Positions 36,067-45,494 of a stretch of 54,166 nt of DNA are shown here, piece by piece (position 1 is the stretch's first letter; each line of letters opens with the position of its first letter). The stretch covers positions 1 through 54,166 of the forward strand of contig JALGTY010000004.1 of assembly GCA_029821145.1 (NCBI GenBank). The letters run 5' to 3'. The stretch is from Candidatus Zipacnadia bacterium (GTDB lineage: Bacteria; Armatimonadota; Zipacnadia; Zipacnadales; UBA11051). The notes below the pieces were generated by a model that saw only the letters and a list, made by a program, of their open reading frames with translations, was not told the origin of the DNA and made no database searches. The position numbers and the translations under genes are program-made.

Positions 36067-38679
36067 TCACTCATGCAAAGGTTGCACATCACGCCAGTTC
36101 TCTCCCACAGAGACATCCACGGTCAACGGCACACTGAGTGTGTAGGCGCTTTCCATCACCTCCTTGACGACCACAGCCAGATCGGGAACGCTAGCAGCAG
36201 GCGCTCGCAGAACGATTTCATCATGGACTTGCAGAAGCATCTCTGCGTCGGGGAAATCGGTCGCCAGCGCCGCGTCGAGCTTGAGCATAGCGAGTTTGAC
36301 TATATCGGCAGCACTGCCCTGCATGGGGGTATTGGTTGCGGCGCGTTCGGCGTACCCGCGGACCCGGGCGTTGGCTGCATCGAGGTCAGGAACCGGCCGG
36401 CGACGTCCCATGATCGTGCTCACGTAGCCCGTCTGCCGCGCTTGCTCCAGAGTGGCGCTCAAGAACTCCTGCACTCCCGGCAGACGCTTGTGATAGTTCT
36501 CGATGAACTCCTTGGCTTCCTGGATACTCATGTCCAGCGCGTCAGCCAGAGCCCTGGGGCCCATGCCATATAACACGGCGTAGTTGACCGTCTTGGCCGC
36601 GCTTCGCATCCGATAGTCCACTTCGTCGTGGTCGCAGTCGAAGATCAGAGTGGCGGTGTAAGTGTGGATATCTTCATGGTTGGCGAAGGCCTCCAGCAGC
36701 GTGGGATCCTGGGACAGGTGAGCCAGGATGCGCAACTCGATCTGCGAATAGTCGGCGCAGATAAGGCTGTAGCCCTCGACACCGCTGCAGAAGCAACTGC
36801 GGATCTGCCGACCCCACTCGGTGCGCACGGGGATGTTCTGCAGATTAGGGCTTCGACTCGACAAACGGCCGGTGGCAGTGACCGTCTGCTCGAAGCTGGT
36901 GTGAACCAGGCCAGTTGCGGGATCTATCTCGCGCTGCAGGCCGTCAACATAAGTACTGCGCAGCTTGGCGTACTCCCGATACTCCAGAATCAATGCGACG
37001 ATCTCGTGCTCCTTCGCGAGGTCATCGAGCACGCCGGCCGCCGTTGACCATCCGGTCTTGGTTTTGCGGCCCTTGGGCAACTCAAGCCGCTCGAACAGGA
37101 CCTCACCGACTTGCTTCGGCGAATCAACGTTGAACTCTTCGCCGGCCAGCTCAAAGATGCGCGTGGAGAGCTCTTCCATCATGCCGGAAAGCTCCCGGCC
37201 GGCCTCTTGCAGCCGCTCCAGATCCACGCCAATGCCGGCCCGCTCCATCTTGGCCAACAGCGACACCAGCGGCATCTCCACATCAGCGAAGAGTTCCAGC
37301 ATCCCCTGCTGCTTCAGGTCACGCCGCAGCCGCGATTGCAACTGCGCCGTCGCCAGAGCCTCGATGCAGCCCCGGGCCTGCCACGCGGGCATGCCATAAG
37401 CGTCGGCGACGTCACTTTCGGGCAGCTCCCAGCCGAGATACTGGGCCGCCCACAAGCCGATGCCGTGGTCCGAGCGCTGCGGGCCCAGCAGGTAAGAGGC
37501 GATTTCGGCGTCGAAAGCCAGATTACAGGTGGCAACCTCATGTCCGCGAAGCAAGTGGTCAAGGTGCTTGAGCCGGCAGCCGCTTATGGCTATGTCCGGA
37601 TCGGCCAGGATTTCGACCAACACCTCAGGGATGGGGCTATCCTCATTCTCACCGGCGAAAAGGCCGGCCTGCGGGGCGTCTTCGGCCGACGCTGGTGGCA
37701 GGGCAAGAGCCAGCGCCGCGGCTTCCCCATGCTCGGTCGGCACGACAAAAAGCGTGTCGCCCTCCCTGGCCTTGTCGCATATCGCGGCGAGGCTGTCGGG
37801 GTCGGCGACGGCTGCTGTGCCCTCTGTGCTCGGGGCCTCGGAACGGGGCAAGCGCTTCAGCAGGCTGCTGAACTCCAGTTCTGCCAACAGCTTGCGTAGC
37901 GCCTCGGCGTCCAGGCCGCGCCAGGCCAGGTCCACCTCACGCTCGATGCGGGCCAGACGCTTCCACAGCAGCGCATCTCGTTCATTTCCGGCCAGCTTGC
38001 TGCGCACAGTGCCAGAGATGTCGTCGGCGTGTTCGAATACCGCCTCTACGGTGCCGTATTCGGAAAGCAGGCCTGCGGCTGTCTTTTCTCCGATACCGGC
38101 AATTCCGGGGATGTTGTCGGAAGTGTCGCCGGCAAATGCCTTCATGTCAGCGAGTTGGCCTGGTGCTATGCCGTACTGTTCGGTGAATTTTTCCACATCG
38201 TAAGCGATTACCTGTTTTGTGCCGCTAGTGGTAATCAAGACCTGCACGCCTTCATCAAGTAGTTGCAGCAGATCGCGGTCGCCAGTGATTATGACAATCT
38301 CGTAACCTTCGCTGCCGGCACGAGTGGCCAGAGCGCCGATGATGTCATCAGCCTCATAACCGGCCCGTTCGAGCGCCACCAGTCCCATAGCCTGCACAAG
38401 CCGGCGGATAATCGGGAACTGCGAGGCCAGTTCCTGGTCCATTTCGGGGCGGTTGGCCTTGTACTGGTCGTACATCTCGTGGCGAAAGGTTGCGCCCGGG
38501 GCGTCGAAGACCATGACCGCTTCATCGGGTGCCTGCTCTTCGAGCAGGGCCAGCAACATCTGAGCGAGACCGAAGGCCGCGTTGGTAGGCTGCCCATCGG
38601 CGGTGCTCAAATGCGGCAGGGCGTGGAAGGCCCGGTGAATGAGGCTGTTGGCGTCTATCAGCAATAGCTTGCGCGCCAC
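36067..38679 (-). CDS. polA: DNA polymerase I
   Basis: 870 aa with a 5'-nuclease N-terminus (LLLIDANSLIHRAFHA). Polymerase motif A is CADYSQIELRILAHLS, motif B is RSAAKTVNYAVLYGM and motif C is LLQVHDEIVL. Confidence 0.95.
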   Translation of the reverse strand: MARKLLLIDANSLIHRAFHALPHLSTADGQPTNAAFGLAQMLLALLEEQAPDEAVMVFDAPGATFRHEMYDQYKANRPEMDQELASQFPIIRRLVQAMGLVALERAGYEADDIIGALATRAGSEGYEIVIITGDRDLLQLLDEGVQVLITTSGTKQVIAYDVEKFTEQYGIAPGQLADMKAFAGDTSDNIPGIAGIGEKTAAGLLSEYGTVEAVFEHADDISGTVRSKLAGNERDALLWKRLARIEREVDLAWRGLDAEALRKLLAELEFSSLLKRLPRSEAPSTEGTAAVADPDSLAAICDKAREGDTLFVVPTEHGEAAALALALPPASAEDAPQAGLFAGENEDSPIPEVLVEILADPDIAISGCRLKHLDHLLRGHEVATCNLAFDAEIASYLLGPQRSDHGIGLWAAQYLGWELPESDVADAYGMPAWQARGCIEALATAQLQSRLRRDLKQQGMLELFADVEMPLVSLLAKMERAGIGVDLERLQEAGRELSGMMEELSTRIFELAGEEFNVDSPKQVGEVLFERLELPKGRKTKTGWSTAAGVLDDLAKEHEIVALILEYREYAKLRSTYVDGLQREIDPATGLVHTSFEQTVTATGRLSSRSPNLQNIPVRTEWGRQIRSCFCSGVEGYSLICADYSQIELRILAHLSQDPTLLEAFANHEDIHTYTATLIFDCDHDEVDYRMRSAAKTVNYAVLYGMGPRALADALDMSIQEAKEFIENYHKRLPGVQEFLSATLEQARQTGYVSTIMGRRRPVPDLDAANARVRGYAERAATNTPMQGSAADIVKLAMLKLDAALATDFPDAEMLLQVHDEIVLRAPAASVPDLAVVVKEVMESAYTLSVPLTVDVSVGENWRDVQPLHE

Positions 38680-38720
38680 AGGAACAGCTCCTGGACAGCA
38701 TCTGTTGTGCAGCTTGTGTG

Positions 38721-39836
38721 CTAGGGTACGAGCCGCACAGGCATGGCTTGCAGCATCAGGTTATTGTAAGTGAAAGGCTCGATCAGCATCGGCCCGCTCA
38801 GATTCAGCAGACTGTGCCGGGAAAAGAACGGGAAGAGCTGCTCCGTGCCGAACAGTTCGCCCCAGATGCCCTCAGATGCGCCGAACATCTTGACCTTCGG
38901 CTCCCCCTTGATGCCGCCTTCCTTGGCAGCCAATTCGATGGCATCGTAATAGGAGCCCAGGCTGTCCACCAGGCCCAGATCGAGTGCCTGGTGGCCGGTG
39001 AGAATTCTTCCGTCGGCGAGCTGGAGCACCTTTTCCCGAGGCATGTCGCGGCCCTCGGCTACCGCGTCCACAAACTGGTCATAAACGTCCTGTACCAGCC
39101 CCTGCAACAACTGCCTTTCATCAGCCCGCATTGGCCGCCAGGGAGAGCCGAGATCCTTGTACTTGCCGCTGGTGATGGTGTGGTCATCCACACCGATCTT
39201 GTCCATCAAGCCGTAGTAGGCAATGCCGGACATGATGACACCGATGCTGCCGGTCATGGTGGAGCCATTAGCCATTATCTGGTCGGCCCCGCAGGCGACA
39301 TAGTAGCCGCCGGAGGCCGCTACATCATCCATCGCGGCAATGACGGGCTTCTTCTCGGCGAGGGCAGCGACCTCTTTGTAGATAGCCTGTGAAGCAGCCG
39401 CAGACCCGCCTGGGCTGTTGATGTATAGCACCACGGCCTTGATGTCCTTTTCGCGCTTGGCGGCGCGCACGTCGGCCATAATCGCCCGGGAGCCCGCAGG
39501 GCCGCCGAATATAGGCGAGGCGCGGCCGCCGGACATGATCACGCCCTGCACCATCACAACACCGACCTTCTCACCCAGCGCCAGGCCCGAGGATTCAGTA
39601 TCCGTGATGGAGCTGACCAAGAGCGCCAGGCCTACAATGCTGGCCAGCGCCAGGCCCAGCAAGATCAGGACGATGACTATCACGGTTGCGACGCCGCGGC
39701 CCCGTCTTGGAGGCGGCTGAGTGCTACCAGGCGGCTGGCCGCCACCATAACCGCCTGCGGGTGGTACGGGCGGCTGAGGCTGCTGCGCCCCATCTGTCGG
39801 CTGACCGGGTTGTGGCGTAGAATTATCAGTTCCCAT
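38721..39836 (-). CDS. sppA: Signal peptide peptidase SppA (S49, 36K type) with Pro/Gly-rich N-terminus and TM anchor
   Basis: Motifs ...AASGGYYVACGADQI...GSIGVIMS... and VDSLGSY are present, with an N-terminal TM helix VATVIVIVLILLGLALASIVGLALLV. Confidence 0.85.
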   Translation of the reverse strand: MGTDNSTPQPGQPTDGAQQPQPPVPPAGGYGGGQPPGSTQPPPRRGRGVATVIVIVLILLGLALASIVGLALLVSSITDTESSGLALGEKVGVVMVQGVIMSGGRASPIFGGPAGSRAIMADVRAAKREKDIKAVVLYINSPGGSAAASQAIYKEVAALAEKKPVIAAMDDVAASGGYYVACGADQIMANGSTMTGSIGVIMSGIAYYGLMDKIGVDDHTITSGKYKDLGSPWRPMRADERQLLQGLVQDVYDQFVDAVAEGRDMPREKVLQLADGRILTGHQALDLGLVDSLGSYYDAIELAAKEGGIKGEPKVKMFGASEGIWGELFGTEQLFPFFSRHSLLNLSGPMLIEPFTYNNLMLQAMPVRLVP

Positions 39837-39864
39837 GATCTCTTTTCACCTTTGCCGAATGTAC

Positions 39865-39894
39865 TTGACAATTCACCTGTCCGCTCCATATACT
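39865..39894 (+). promoter_or_regulatory. Near-consensus promoter for tRNA-Leu
   Basis: TTGACA (39865-39870), an 18-nt spacer, then TATACT (39889-39894). The tRNA 5' end lies about 33 nt downstream. Confidence 0.6.
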
Positions 39895-39927
39895 GGTAGA
39901 GTACCTTGGTGCATCTCGGGTACAGTT

Positions 39928-40016
39928 GCCGGAGTGGCGGAATTGGCAGACGCACTGGACTCAAAATCCAGCGGGGCTCAAACCCCGTGTCGGTTCGAAT
40001 CCGACCTCCGGCACCA
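39928..40016 (+). tRNA. tRNA-Leu (anticodon CAA), class II long variable arm, CCA encoded
   Basis: The acceptor stem is gccggag/ctccggc. The anticodon stem-loop is ctgga-CU CAA AA-tccag, with the anticodon at 39962-39964. The variable arm is cggggctcaaaccccg and the T-loop is GGTTCGAATCC. The discriminator is A, followed by CCA. Confidence 0.93.
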
Positions 40017-40029
40017 GCACTACTATTCA

Positions 40030-40063
40030 GGGCTGCGGCTGAGTCAGCTGCAGCCCTTTTATT
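40030..40063 (+). terminator. Intrinsic terminator after tRNA-Leu
   Basis: The stem gggctgcggc/gctgcagccc has 10 bp with one G-U pair, a 7-nt loop, and is followed by ttttatt. Confidence 0.7.
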
Positions 40064-40081
40064 GTGCTTCGGGCCGGTGTA

Positions 40082-41053
40082 TCAGCTCTCCGCCAGGTCC
40101 TCGGGGGCGCCCATGCGGCGGAATTTTTCGTAGCGCTGCTCTATCAGTTGCTCGGGCAGAATGCCGACAAGAGCGGCTACGGCTTCCCGCAATGCGAGCT
40201 TGAGGTTGGCACAGGCTGCCTGCGGATTGCGATGCGCCCCGCCGACGGGCTCGGGGACGATCGTGTCAATGACCCCCAGCTCCATTGCGTCCTGGGCGGT
40301 TAGCTTCAAGGCCCGCGCGGCTTCCTCGCGCAGGGAGGCATCGCGCCACAGAATAGCGGCACACGCCTCGGGGGTAATCACTGAGTAGTACGCGTGCTCC
40401 ATCATCAGTAGCCGGTCGCCGACACCGATGCCGATGGCGCCACCACTGCCGCCTTCGCCGATTATGGCACAGGTTATGGGCACCGGCAGAGAGAACATAT
40501 CGCGCTGGTTGGCGGCGATAGCCTCGCATATGCCGCGACCTTCTGACTCTTCGAGGGGATCGGCCCCTGGAGTGTCAATCAGCGTTATGATCGGGCGCTT
40601 CATGCGGGCGGCAAGCTGCATCAGACGCATGGTCTTGCGGTAGCCTTCAGGCCGCGACATTCCGACATTGCGCTTATGGCGTTCACCGGCGGTGCGGCCC
40701 TTTTCCTGGCCGATGACCGCCACCGGCCGGCCTTCGAGGAATGCCAGACCGGTGATGACCGCATTGTCGTCACCAAAGCGGCGGTCGCCGTGCAACTCCA
40801 CGAAGTCGTCAAAGACGGCTCTGATGTAATCGGAGGAATGCGGGCGCTTCTCGTGCCTGGCCAGTGTCACTTTGTCCCAGGAGGTCAGGTCAGAGCAGAT
40901 CTCCCTGGCCAGGTCTTCGGCCTTCTGTTCCAATTGGCGCAGCTCCCCTTCATAGCTCTCCTGGCCGTTTTGCACCAGGCGTCGCAACTCGGCGATACGC
41001 GCGTCGAGCTCGTCAAGCGATCTTCGCAATGCTTCGAACTTGCTGTCACTCAT
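40082..41053 (-). CDS. accA: Acetyl-CoA carboxylase carboxyltransferase alpha subunit
   Basis: Motifs ...ARHEKRPHSSDYI..., GRPVAVIGQEKG and IITLIDTPGA...GEGGSGGA are present. The ATG at 41053 is preferred over the TTG at 41077, but the start is uncertain. Confidence 0.9.
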   Translation of the reverse strand: MSDSKFEALRRSLDELDARIAELRRLVQNGQESYEGELRQLEQKAEDLAREICSDLTSWDKVTLARHEKRPHSSDYIRAVFDDFVELHGDRRFGDDNAVITGLAFLEGRPVAVIGQEKGRTAGERHKRNVGMSRPEGYRKTMRLMQLAARMKRPIITLIDTPGADPLEESEGRGICEAIAANQRDMFSLPVPITCAIIGEGGSGGAIGIGVGDRLLMMEHAYYSVITPEACAAILWRDASLREEAARALKLTAQDAMELGVIDTIVPEPVGGAHRNPQAACANLKLALREAVAALVGILPEQLIEQRYEKFRRMGAPEDLAES

Positions 41054-41107
41054 CTTCTTGTCACAACAGGCCTGCAAGCGCGCAAGCCAGTTGAGCCCTC
41101 ACAATTC

Positions 41108-41938
41108 TCATACGGTACACCAGCGCAGTATGTTGTGCAGTGCCGGGCGGATATCCTTGCGTGGCAGCAGCATGTCAATCATACCGTGCTGGTACTGGAA
41201 CTCGGCGGTTTGTACCTCGGGCGGTATCTTCAGACCTGTCAACTCCACCACGCGCGGGCCGGCAAAGCCCATAGCTGCCCCGGCCTCGGCGATAATGATG
41301 TCGCCGAGAGAGGCAAAGCTGGCCATCACTCCGCCGTAGGTCGGATGGGTCAGGACGCTGATATATGCCAGGCCGGCTTCTGCCAGCCTGCCGACCGCGG
41401 CGCTGGTCTTGGCCATCTGCATAAGAGCGATGAGGCTTTCCTGCATGCGTGCGCCGCCGGAGGCACAGAATAGCGTCACCGGCAGCCGCTGGTGTACGGC
41501 GCGCTCCATCAGCCGTGTGAGCCGCTCGCCCACCGTCCAGCCCATGCTGCCGCCGATAAAGCTCAAGTCCATGAGGCCGATCGCCAGAGAAATGCCATCG
41601 AGAGTGGCCTCTCCGGTGAGCACCGCCTCGGTCATGCCGGTCTTCTCACGAGCCGCCTGCGTCTTGTCGGGGTACTCAGGGAACTCGAGCGGGTCGTGCA
41701 GAGGCAAGTCGTGGTCCCATTCCTCGAAACTGCCGGGGTCGGTGGTCACCTGCAGCCGCTGCCAGACGGTGAGGCGGAAATGATGCCCACACTTGACGCA
41801 GACCCACAAGTCGGCCTCCAGGTCGGGTGCGTAAATGAGCTGGTTGCACTCCGGGCACGCCTGCCAGAGATCCGGCGGGATGTCGTCGGAGGTAAGCCCG
41901 GGCGGTGCTTTTTCATCTTCTGATGATGTCATACTCAT
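41108..41938 (-). CDS. accD: Acetyl-CoA carboxylase carboxyltransferase beta subunit
   Basis: The zinc ribbon CPECNQ...CVKCGHH is present, along with GGSMG and ASGGARMQE motifs. Confidence 0.92.
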   Translation of the reverse strand: MSMTSSEDEKAPPGLTSDDIPPDLWQACPECNQLIYAPDLEADLWVCVKCGHHFRLTVWQRLQVTTDPGSFEEWDHDLPLHDPLEFPEYPDKTQAAREKTGMTEAVLTGEATLDGISLAIGLMDLSFIGGSMGWTVGERLTRLMERAVHQRLPVTLFCASGGARMQESLIALMQMAKTSAAVGRLAEAGLAYISVLTHPTYGGVMASFASLGDIIIAEAGAAMGFAGPRVVELTGLKIPPEVQTAEFQYQHGMIDMLLPRKDIRPALHNILRWCTV

Positions 41939-42007
41939 TCCTCAGGCCCGGTCGAATTTCCCGAAGGAGGCTCGTATTGTCTATCCTGCCGCGTCATGGC
42001 GTACGCG

Positions 42008-42036
42008 TTGCCTGTTTGCACGCTTTGTGCTACTAT
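42008..42036 (+). promoter_or_regulatory. Candidate promoter for pheA
   Basis: TTGCCT (42008-42013), a 17-nt spacer, then TACTAT (42031-42036). Confidence 0.4.
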
Positions 42037-42055
42037 TCTCTGCACTGAGAGCACA

Positions 42056-42085
42056 ATGTGTCGGGCTGCAAGCCTGATCCACGCG
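42056..42085. repeat. Degenerate short REP-like hairpin in the pheA leader
   Basis: atgtgtcgggctgcaagcctgatccacgcg compares with the family consensus atgtcgggctggaagcccgacctacgcg. Confidence 0.5.
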
Positions 42086-42140
42086 ACGAGTATATCGGTA
42101 TTGCGATATGTTTTGCCTCGCGCAGCCAAGGAGAGCACCT

Positions 42141-43205
42141 ATGTCATTGGAAGCAGCTCGTGAAAGAATTGACCAAATAGACGAACAGATCATACAACTT
42201 CTGCGGCAGCGCGGTCAGATAGTCCAGGAAATCGGCCAGATAAAAGACGCTGGCGGTCTTGCTGTGTATGATCCGGCCCGGGAGGCGCAGGTTCTGGACA
42301 AGCTCACCTCCGGTAATCTGACCCCGCTGGATAAAGATGCCGTCGTCGCCATCTACCGGCAAATCATTGCCGCCTGCCGCAACCTGGAGCGAACCATGCG
42401 GGTCGCATTCCTGGGCCCGCAGTACACATTCAGCCACATCGCCGCACTGCAGTATTTCGGTCCAACCGCCGAACTGTCCGCCACCGCCGCCATCGAAGAG
42501 GTCTTCTCTACGGTGGAGCGTGGTGCTGCTGACTACGGAATTGTTCCGATCGAGAATTCGATCCAGGGCGTCGAGGCGAGGACCCTGGACTGCCTGTTTG
42601 AATCTAACCTGCTAATATGTGCAGAAAGCTACGTGCCGATCCATCTGCACCTGCTGGCCAACTGCGAGCTGGAGCGGGTCCAAGCCGTGCACTCACATCC
42701 CCAACCGCTGGGTCAGTGCCGCCAGTGGCTGCGCGCTAATCTGCCAGAGGCGGAGCTGGTGCATGAGTCAAGCACCGCCGCGGCCGCCGCAGCCATCATC
42801 GAGGAACCGTATCATGCCGCGATCGCCGCAGCGGAAGCCGCCGATGCCTACGGTCTGCAGGTGCTGGCCTCCAATATCGAAGACCAGGCCGACAACCGCA
42901 CGCGGTTTTTCGTGATTGGCCCGCACAGTGCCGCCTCTACCGGCAGGGACAAGACCTCGCTCGTTTTCACCACCGAGCACCAGTCCGGGGCGCTGTACCG
43001 CACGTTGGCTCCCTTCAGCGACCACAATATCAACCTGACCCTGATTCAGTCGCGGCCCGCTCACGGGGCCGTTGCCGGCCCTTACTACTTCTACGTTGAC
43101 TTCGATGGGCACGCCGCTTCAGTTGAGGTGGCCGAGGCTGTGGAGGCGTTGAGAGAGTGCTGTTCGTTTGTCAAGATACTGGGCAGCTACCCGGAGGCGG
43201 GCTGA
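42141..43205 (+). CDS. pheA: Bifunctional chorismate mutase / prephenate dehydratase (P-protein) with ACT domain
   Basis: The N-terminal CM is MSLEAARERIDQIDEQIIQLLRQR. The PDT part shows VAFLGPQYTFSH and TRF.VIG, and the C-terminus is ACT-like. AAGGAGAG lies upstream of the ATG at 42141. Confidence 0.88.
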   Translation: MSLEAARERIDQIDEQIIQLLRQRGQIVQEIGQIKDAGGLAVYDPAREAQVLDKLTSGNLTPLDKDAVVAIYRQIIAACRNLERTMRVAFLGPQYTFSHIAALQYFGPTAELSATAAIEEVFSTVERGAADYGIVPIENSIQGVEARTLDCLFESNLLICAESYVPIHLHLLANCELERVQAVHSHPQPLGQCRQWLRANLPEAELVHESSTAAAAAAIIEEPYHAAIAAAEAADAYGLQVLASNIEDQADNRTRFFVIGPHSAASTGRDKTSLVFTTEHQSGALYRTLAPFSDHNINLTLIQSRPAHGAVAGPYYFYVDFDGHAASVEVAEAVEALRECCSFVKILGSYPEAG

Positions 43206-44194
43206 GCCGCGCCGGCCCGCTTGCGGATTTCATCCATCTTCTCGAACGCCGTCTTGCCCTCATCGCTTCTTATGAACTCGCGCATCTCCTCAATGCGCTC
43301 CCCCAGATTGGGCTGGGAAGAGATAAAGGTGCCGATGCGGAACTGGCGCTCCATCTGGGCCGCGTCAGTGGAGATGTCGCCGGTGCTTTCCAGGTAGGTT
43401 CGCAACTCCTCCGGGGTGATATCAGCCTGCTTGTCGGCAAGCACCGCCATCTTGACAAGGGCCTTGTTCAACACTGACGCATCGCCGGTCAACAGCATGG
43501 CAAAGCGGTCGGCGGTAAAATTGGCCAAGTCCGCCCAGCCGCCGGCAAACATCTTGATCATCAGCAGCGGGAACAGCAAGGCCTTGAATATCAGGTTGGC
43601 GTTGGTGATGTAGTTTATCGCCAGCGTGGTGCGGACATGGTGGGAATTGATGTGTCCCATCTCATGGGCAATGAGCGCACTGAGGTCATCCTCTTCCAGC
43701 CCCTCGCGCAGTCCTGTTGAGACTACAATGGTGCCAGGGCCGCCCGGGATGGTATAAATGTAAGGCGCCTCGTCCTGCAGGAGATACATATTCGGCAGCT
43801 TCATGCCGGCCGGCTTGGCGTAGTCAGTCAGGACGCGGTGCAATTCAGGGTGGTTGTTGGGCATAACCTTCGCCTGCCGGCCCACTTTCTTGATATCTGC
43901 GGCCGAGTGCCTGGTGGCCAGTATGTTAGCGATCACAATGGCCAGCCAGGGGAAAACCAGAATGTTGACGGTTATCCAAATAGGCCAGCTAACCCCTCCC
44001 AGGCTTGACCACTGCTTCTCTCCGAAAAGGCTGGCCCTGAAGACAAACACCATAACAGCCGCCCAGGCGAACAGCCCCAGAGTGATGCCTATGGCAGTCC
44101 AGTAGCCGTTCTTTTCACCTGGAAACTGATAGTCAGCCAACTTGAGTGTCAGTTCTTCTTTTTTCTTCCGTCTGCGCCTGCTTTTCCGTGCCAT
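43187..44194 (-). CDS. M48-family (HtpX-like) membrane zinc metallopeptidase
   Basis: HEMGHINSHH is an HExxH motif. The N-terminus has TM helices and is highly basic (MARKSRRRRKKK). The start overlaps the upstream stop by 1 nt (TGATG). Confidence 0.75.
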   Translation of the reverse strand: MARKSRRRRKKKEELTLKLADYQFPGEKNGYWTAIGITLGLFAWAAVMVFVFRASLFGEKQWSSLGGVSWPIWITVNILVFPWLAIVIANILATRHSAADIKKVGRQAKVMPNNHPELHRVLTDYAKPAGMKLPNMYLLQDEAPYIYTIPGGPGTIVVSTGLREGLEEDDLSALIAHEMGHINSHHVRTTLAINYITNANLIFKALLFPLLMIKMFAGGWADLANFTADRFAMLLTGDASVLNKALVKMAVLADKQADITPEELRTYLESTGDISTDAAQMERQFRIGTFISSQPNLGERIEEMREFIRSDEGKTAFEKMDEIRKRAGAAQPASG

Positions 44195-45477
44195 CAGTCT
44201 TCGCCACCATCTCTGGATTTAACAGTTATGCGTACCCGTTCGATATGCTGCTCGTCGCTGTCCTCCACAGTCAGTACCACGCCGTCTATCTCAAATGCTT
44301 CCCCAGCCTCGGGAATGTGGTTGGCCAGTCCCATTATCAGCCCGCCAATTGTGTCGTACTGGTCGTCAGGCAGTGACACCAGGAGTTGCTCATTCAAATC
44401 CTCGATCCGCTCTTTGGCCGAGACGACCGCCTCGTCAGCGCTGATCAGCACCATGTCCTGTGAGACGGTGTCGTGTTCGTCTTCGATCTCGCCGACCAGC
44501 TCTTCGAGGATGTCTTCGATGGTCACCAGGCCTTCGGTACCGCCGAATTCGTCCACGATGATGGCCAAGTGTACGGCCCGTTCGCGCATTTCAGAGAACA
44601 ACTCGTCCAACAGCTTGCTTTCCGGCACATAGAATGGCTCTCTGGCGATCGCCACCAGGTCCAGCTCGGAGTTGCCGTCTTTGAGGCTTATCAAGAGGTC
44701 GTTTGCGTATAGGATGCCAGTTATGTTGTCCAGAGCGCCGCTGCATATTGGTATGCGCGAATAGCCACTTTCGATGACCACCCGCAGGATATGCTCGAGT
44801 TCATCGTTTTCGTCAAGTGCCACAATGTCCACTCGCGGGACCATGATCTCGCTGACCTTGGCCATGCTGAGTTCCAGGACGCTGTCAATCATCTCCCCTT
44901 CTTCGGGTTCCAGCTCGCCTTCTTCCTCACTGACGTCGGCGGCGACCCGGATCTCGTCTCTGGTGACAAAACCAATCTCGTCACGGGCCTTTACGCCGAA
45001 AAGACGCAGTATGCCGTAGGCAATAGCGGTGATCACAGTCATCGCCGGGCCGAGGATTCTCAGCAGAATGCTCATCGGCCGCGCCACACGCAGAGCCACA
45101 CGCTCGGCGAATAGCGCGCCATAGGTCTTGGGCGCGATTTCGGCCACTATCAACATGAACAACAGCATGCCGATGTGGATAGCTTCTTCGTGCCAGGTAC
45201 CGTGCACTGAAGCGCTGCGCGAAACCAGCACGGTCACAATTGTAGAGATGGCTATGATGCAAACATTGACCCCTACGATGATGACAGTGAGAAACTCATG
45301 GTTACTGACCAGATCGCGCAACAGTGCGGCTCTGGGATCACCGTTCTTGCACAGGGCGCGTAGTCGTATGTCGCTAATCCCCAGCAAGGCGGCCTCAGAA
45401 AAGGATAGAAAACCCAGTCCAAAGATGCAGGCGCCTATAACTAAGCACCCGATGATTAAGAATAGTGGGTCTTCCAA
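44194..45477 (-). CDS. CNNM/CorB-type transporter (DUF21 TM domain + CBS pair + CorC_HlyC)
   Basis: 427 aa. The N-terminus has TM helices and EIAPKTYG. CBS-pair motifs follow (VSEIMVPRVDIVAL..., SRIPI). The C-terminal CorC/HlyC-like domain ends ...HIERVRITV. Confidence 0.8.
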   Translation of the reverse strand: MEDPLFLIIGCLVIGACIFGLGFLSFSEAALLGISDIRLRALCKNGDPRAALLRDLVSNHEFLTVIIVGVNVCIIAISTIVTVLVSRSASVHGTWHEEAIHIGMLLFMLIVAEIAPKTYGALFAERVALRVARPMSILLRILGPAMTVITAIAYGILRLFGVKARDEIGFVTRDEIRVAADVSEEEGELEPEEGEMIDSVLELSMAKVSEIMVPRVDIVALDENDELEHILRVVIESGYSRIPICSGALDNITGILYANDLLISLKDGNSELDLVAIAREPFYVPESKLLDELFSEMRERAVHLAIIVDEFGGTEGLVTIEDILEELVGEIEDEHDTVSQDMVLISADEAVVSAKERIEDLNEQLLVSLPDDQYDTIGGLIMGLANHIPEAGEAFEIDGVVLTVEDSDEQHIERVRITVKSRDGGED

Positions 45478-45494
45478 CAGTTAGTTACTACCTC

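Noticed and set aside
37400-37900. Possible loss of 3'-5' exonuclease active-site residues in PolA (Taq-like vestigial exo domain)
   Set aside because: I could not align the Exo I/II/III motifs confidently by eye, so I make no claim without an alignment.
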